Source: Thermodesulfobacteriota bacterium (GTDB lineage Bacteria > Desulfobacterota_D > UBA1144 > Nemesobacterales > UBA2774). From it: a stretch of DNA of 64,000 nucleotides. The notes below the pieces were generated by a model that saw only the letters and a list, made by a program, of their open reading frames with translations, was not told where the DNA came from and searched no databases. This document shows, piece after piece, positions 63,388-64,000 of the stretch; position 1 is the stretch's first letter, and the number at the start of each line of letters is the position of its first letter. The DNA lies in assembly GCA_965216785.1 (NCBI GenBank), contig OZ244197.1, forward strand, positions 1,888,001 through 1,952,000, read 5' to 3'. A program made the translations under genes and the position numbers.

Positions 63388-64000
63388 TCAGCGTATTGAG
63401 TACTCCATGGTGACCACGGCTTTTACGCTCTTTTCGATTGTAGAGGTATCATACATTCCGTAATTCGCAACCTCTGTCGAGTGTACGGGGGTTATCTGAA
63501 AAACTCCCTGGCTCGCGTATTTAAGAGCCCCGACTTTGCTCCCGCTATTTTCTGCGAGCTGCTGGGCTCTCATGGCGGCGTTCTTTGTCGCTTCGCCTAA
63601 AAGCTCAATTTTCATATCATCAAGCTTCGTGTAAAAGTACTGAGGGGAAAAGGAATCAATTTCTATACCATCCTTGATGAGGGCGGTAATTTCGCCTGCG
63701 ATATTAGTAACTTGATTTATATCCGGGGACGTGATTTTTACAGTTTGAACCAGTATATAACCTTCTACTATATTCGTTATCGACCCGTTTGCGGTTCTCT
63801 TGTACTGAATTGTCGTAATAACCGAAGGTATAGAGATGTCCTCCTTGCGAACTCCATGCTGCTGGAGATATAAGAGCACTTTGCCCAGATCCGCTTGCAG
63901 GTTATCATACGCGCTGACAAGCTCGGGTGAGCGTGTGGTTATCTGCCCGCTCCAGACCGCAATGTCCGAAGTGATAGCGCGCTCTGCAAACCCTTTGACC
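63388..64000 (-). CDS. SIMPL (DUF541) domain protein, 5' end beyond the window
   Basis: Frame is open to the window edge ('VKGFAERAITSDIAVW'); 'LLGEATKNAAMRA', 'ASQGVFQIT' and 'KSVKAVVTMEY'. Confidence 0.82.
   Translation of the reverse strand, partial: VKGFAERAITSDIAVWSGQITTRSPELVSAYDNLQADLGKVLLYLQQHGVRKEDISIPSVITTIQYKRTANGSITNIVEGYILVQTVKITSPDINQVTNIAGEITALIKDGIEIDSFSPQYFYTKLDDMKIELLGEATKNAAMRAQQLAENSGSKVGALKYASQGVFQITPVHSTEVANYGMYDTSTIEKSVKAVVTMEYSIR

Overview
Bacterial chromosomal window of about 48-50% GC, estimated by eye. The IPTL-CTERM proteins and overall gene style suggest a Desulfobacterota/Ca. Dadabacteria-like organism (inference). It contains a CzcCBA-type heavy-metal RND efflux operon (270-6007) preceded by a truncated RGPP-containing ORF. 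An accessory locus follows at about 6.2-19.7 kb and is the main finding. It encodes a PqqD/RRE protein, an HPr-kinase-related kinase, a nucleotidyltransferase, four glycosyltransferase genes, a secreted collagen-like protein and four paralogous genes sharing a near-invariant 48-aa leader (RRxF(L/I)..FIIPTV..TTANA). Two of these paralogues are fused to a C-terminal Hint (hedgehog/intein-like) autoprocessing domain that lacks the splicing His-Asn. The other two end after an 8-11 aa tail, and one of them is missing from the ORF track. The locus looks like a RiPP-like system with self-cleaving precursors. The rest of the window is mainly regulatory, transport and housekeeping genes: sigma54 regulators, cstA, msrA, a second RND system with a TetR operator, trxA, aroK, ribE, lspA, tonB, a divergent ECF sigma/anti-sigma pair, four IPTL-CTERM genes, ihfB, def, a PGK with degenerate substrate-binding residues, tpiA, secG and nth. 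I saw no rRNA, tRNA, CRISPR array or transposase.
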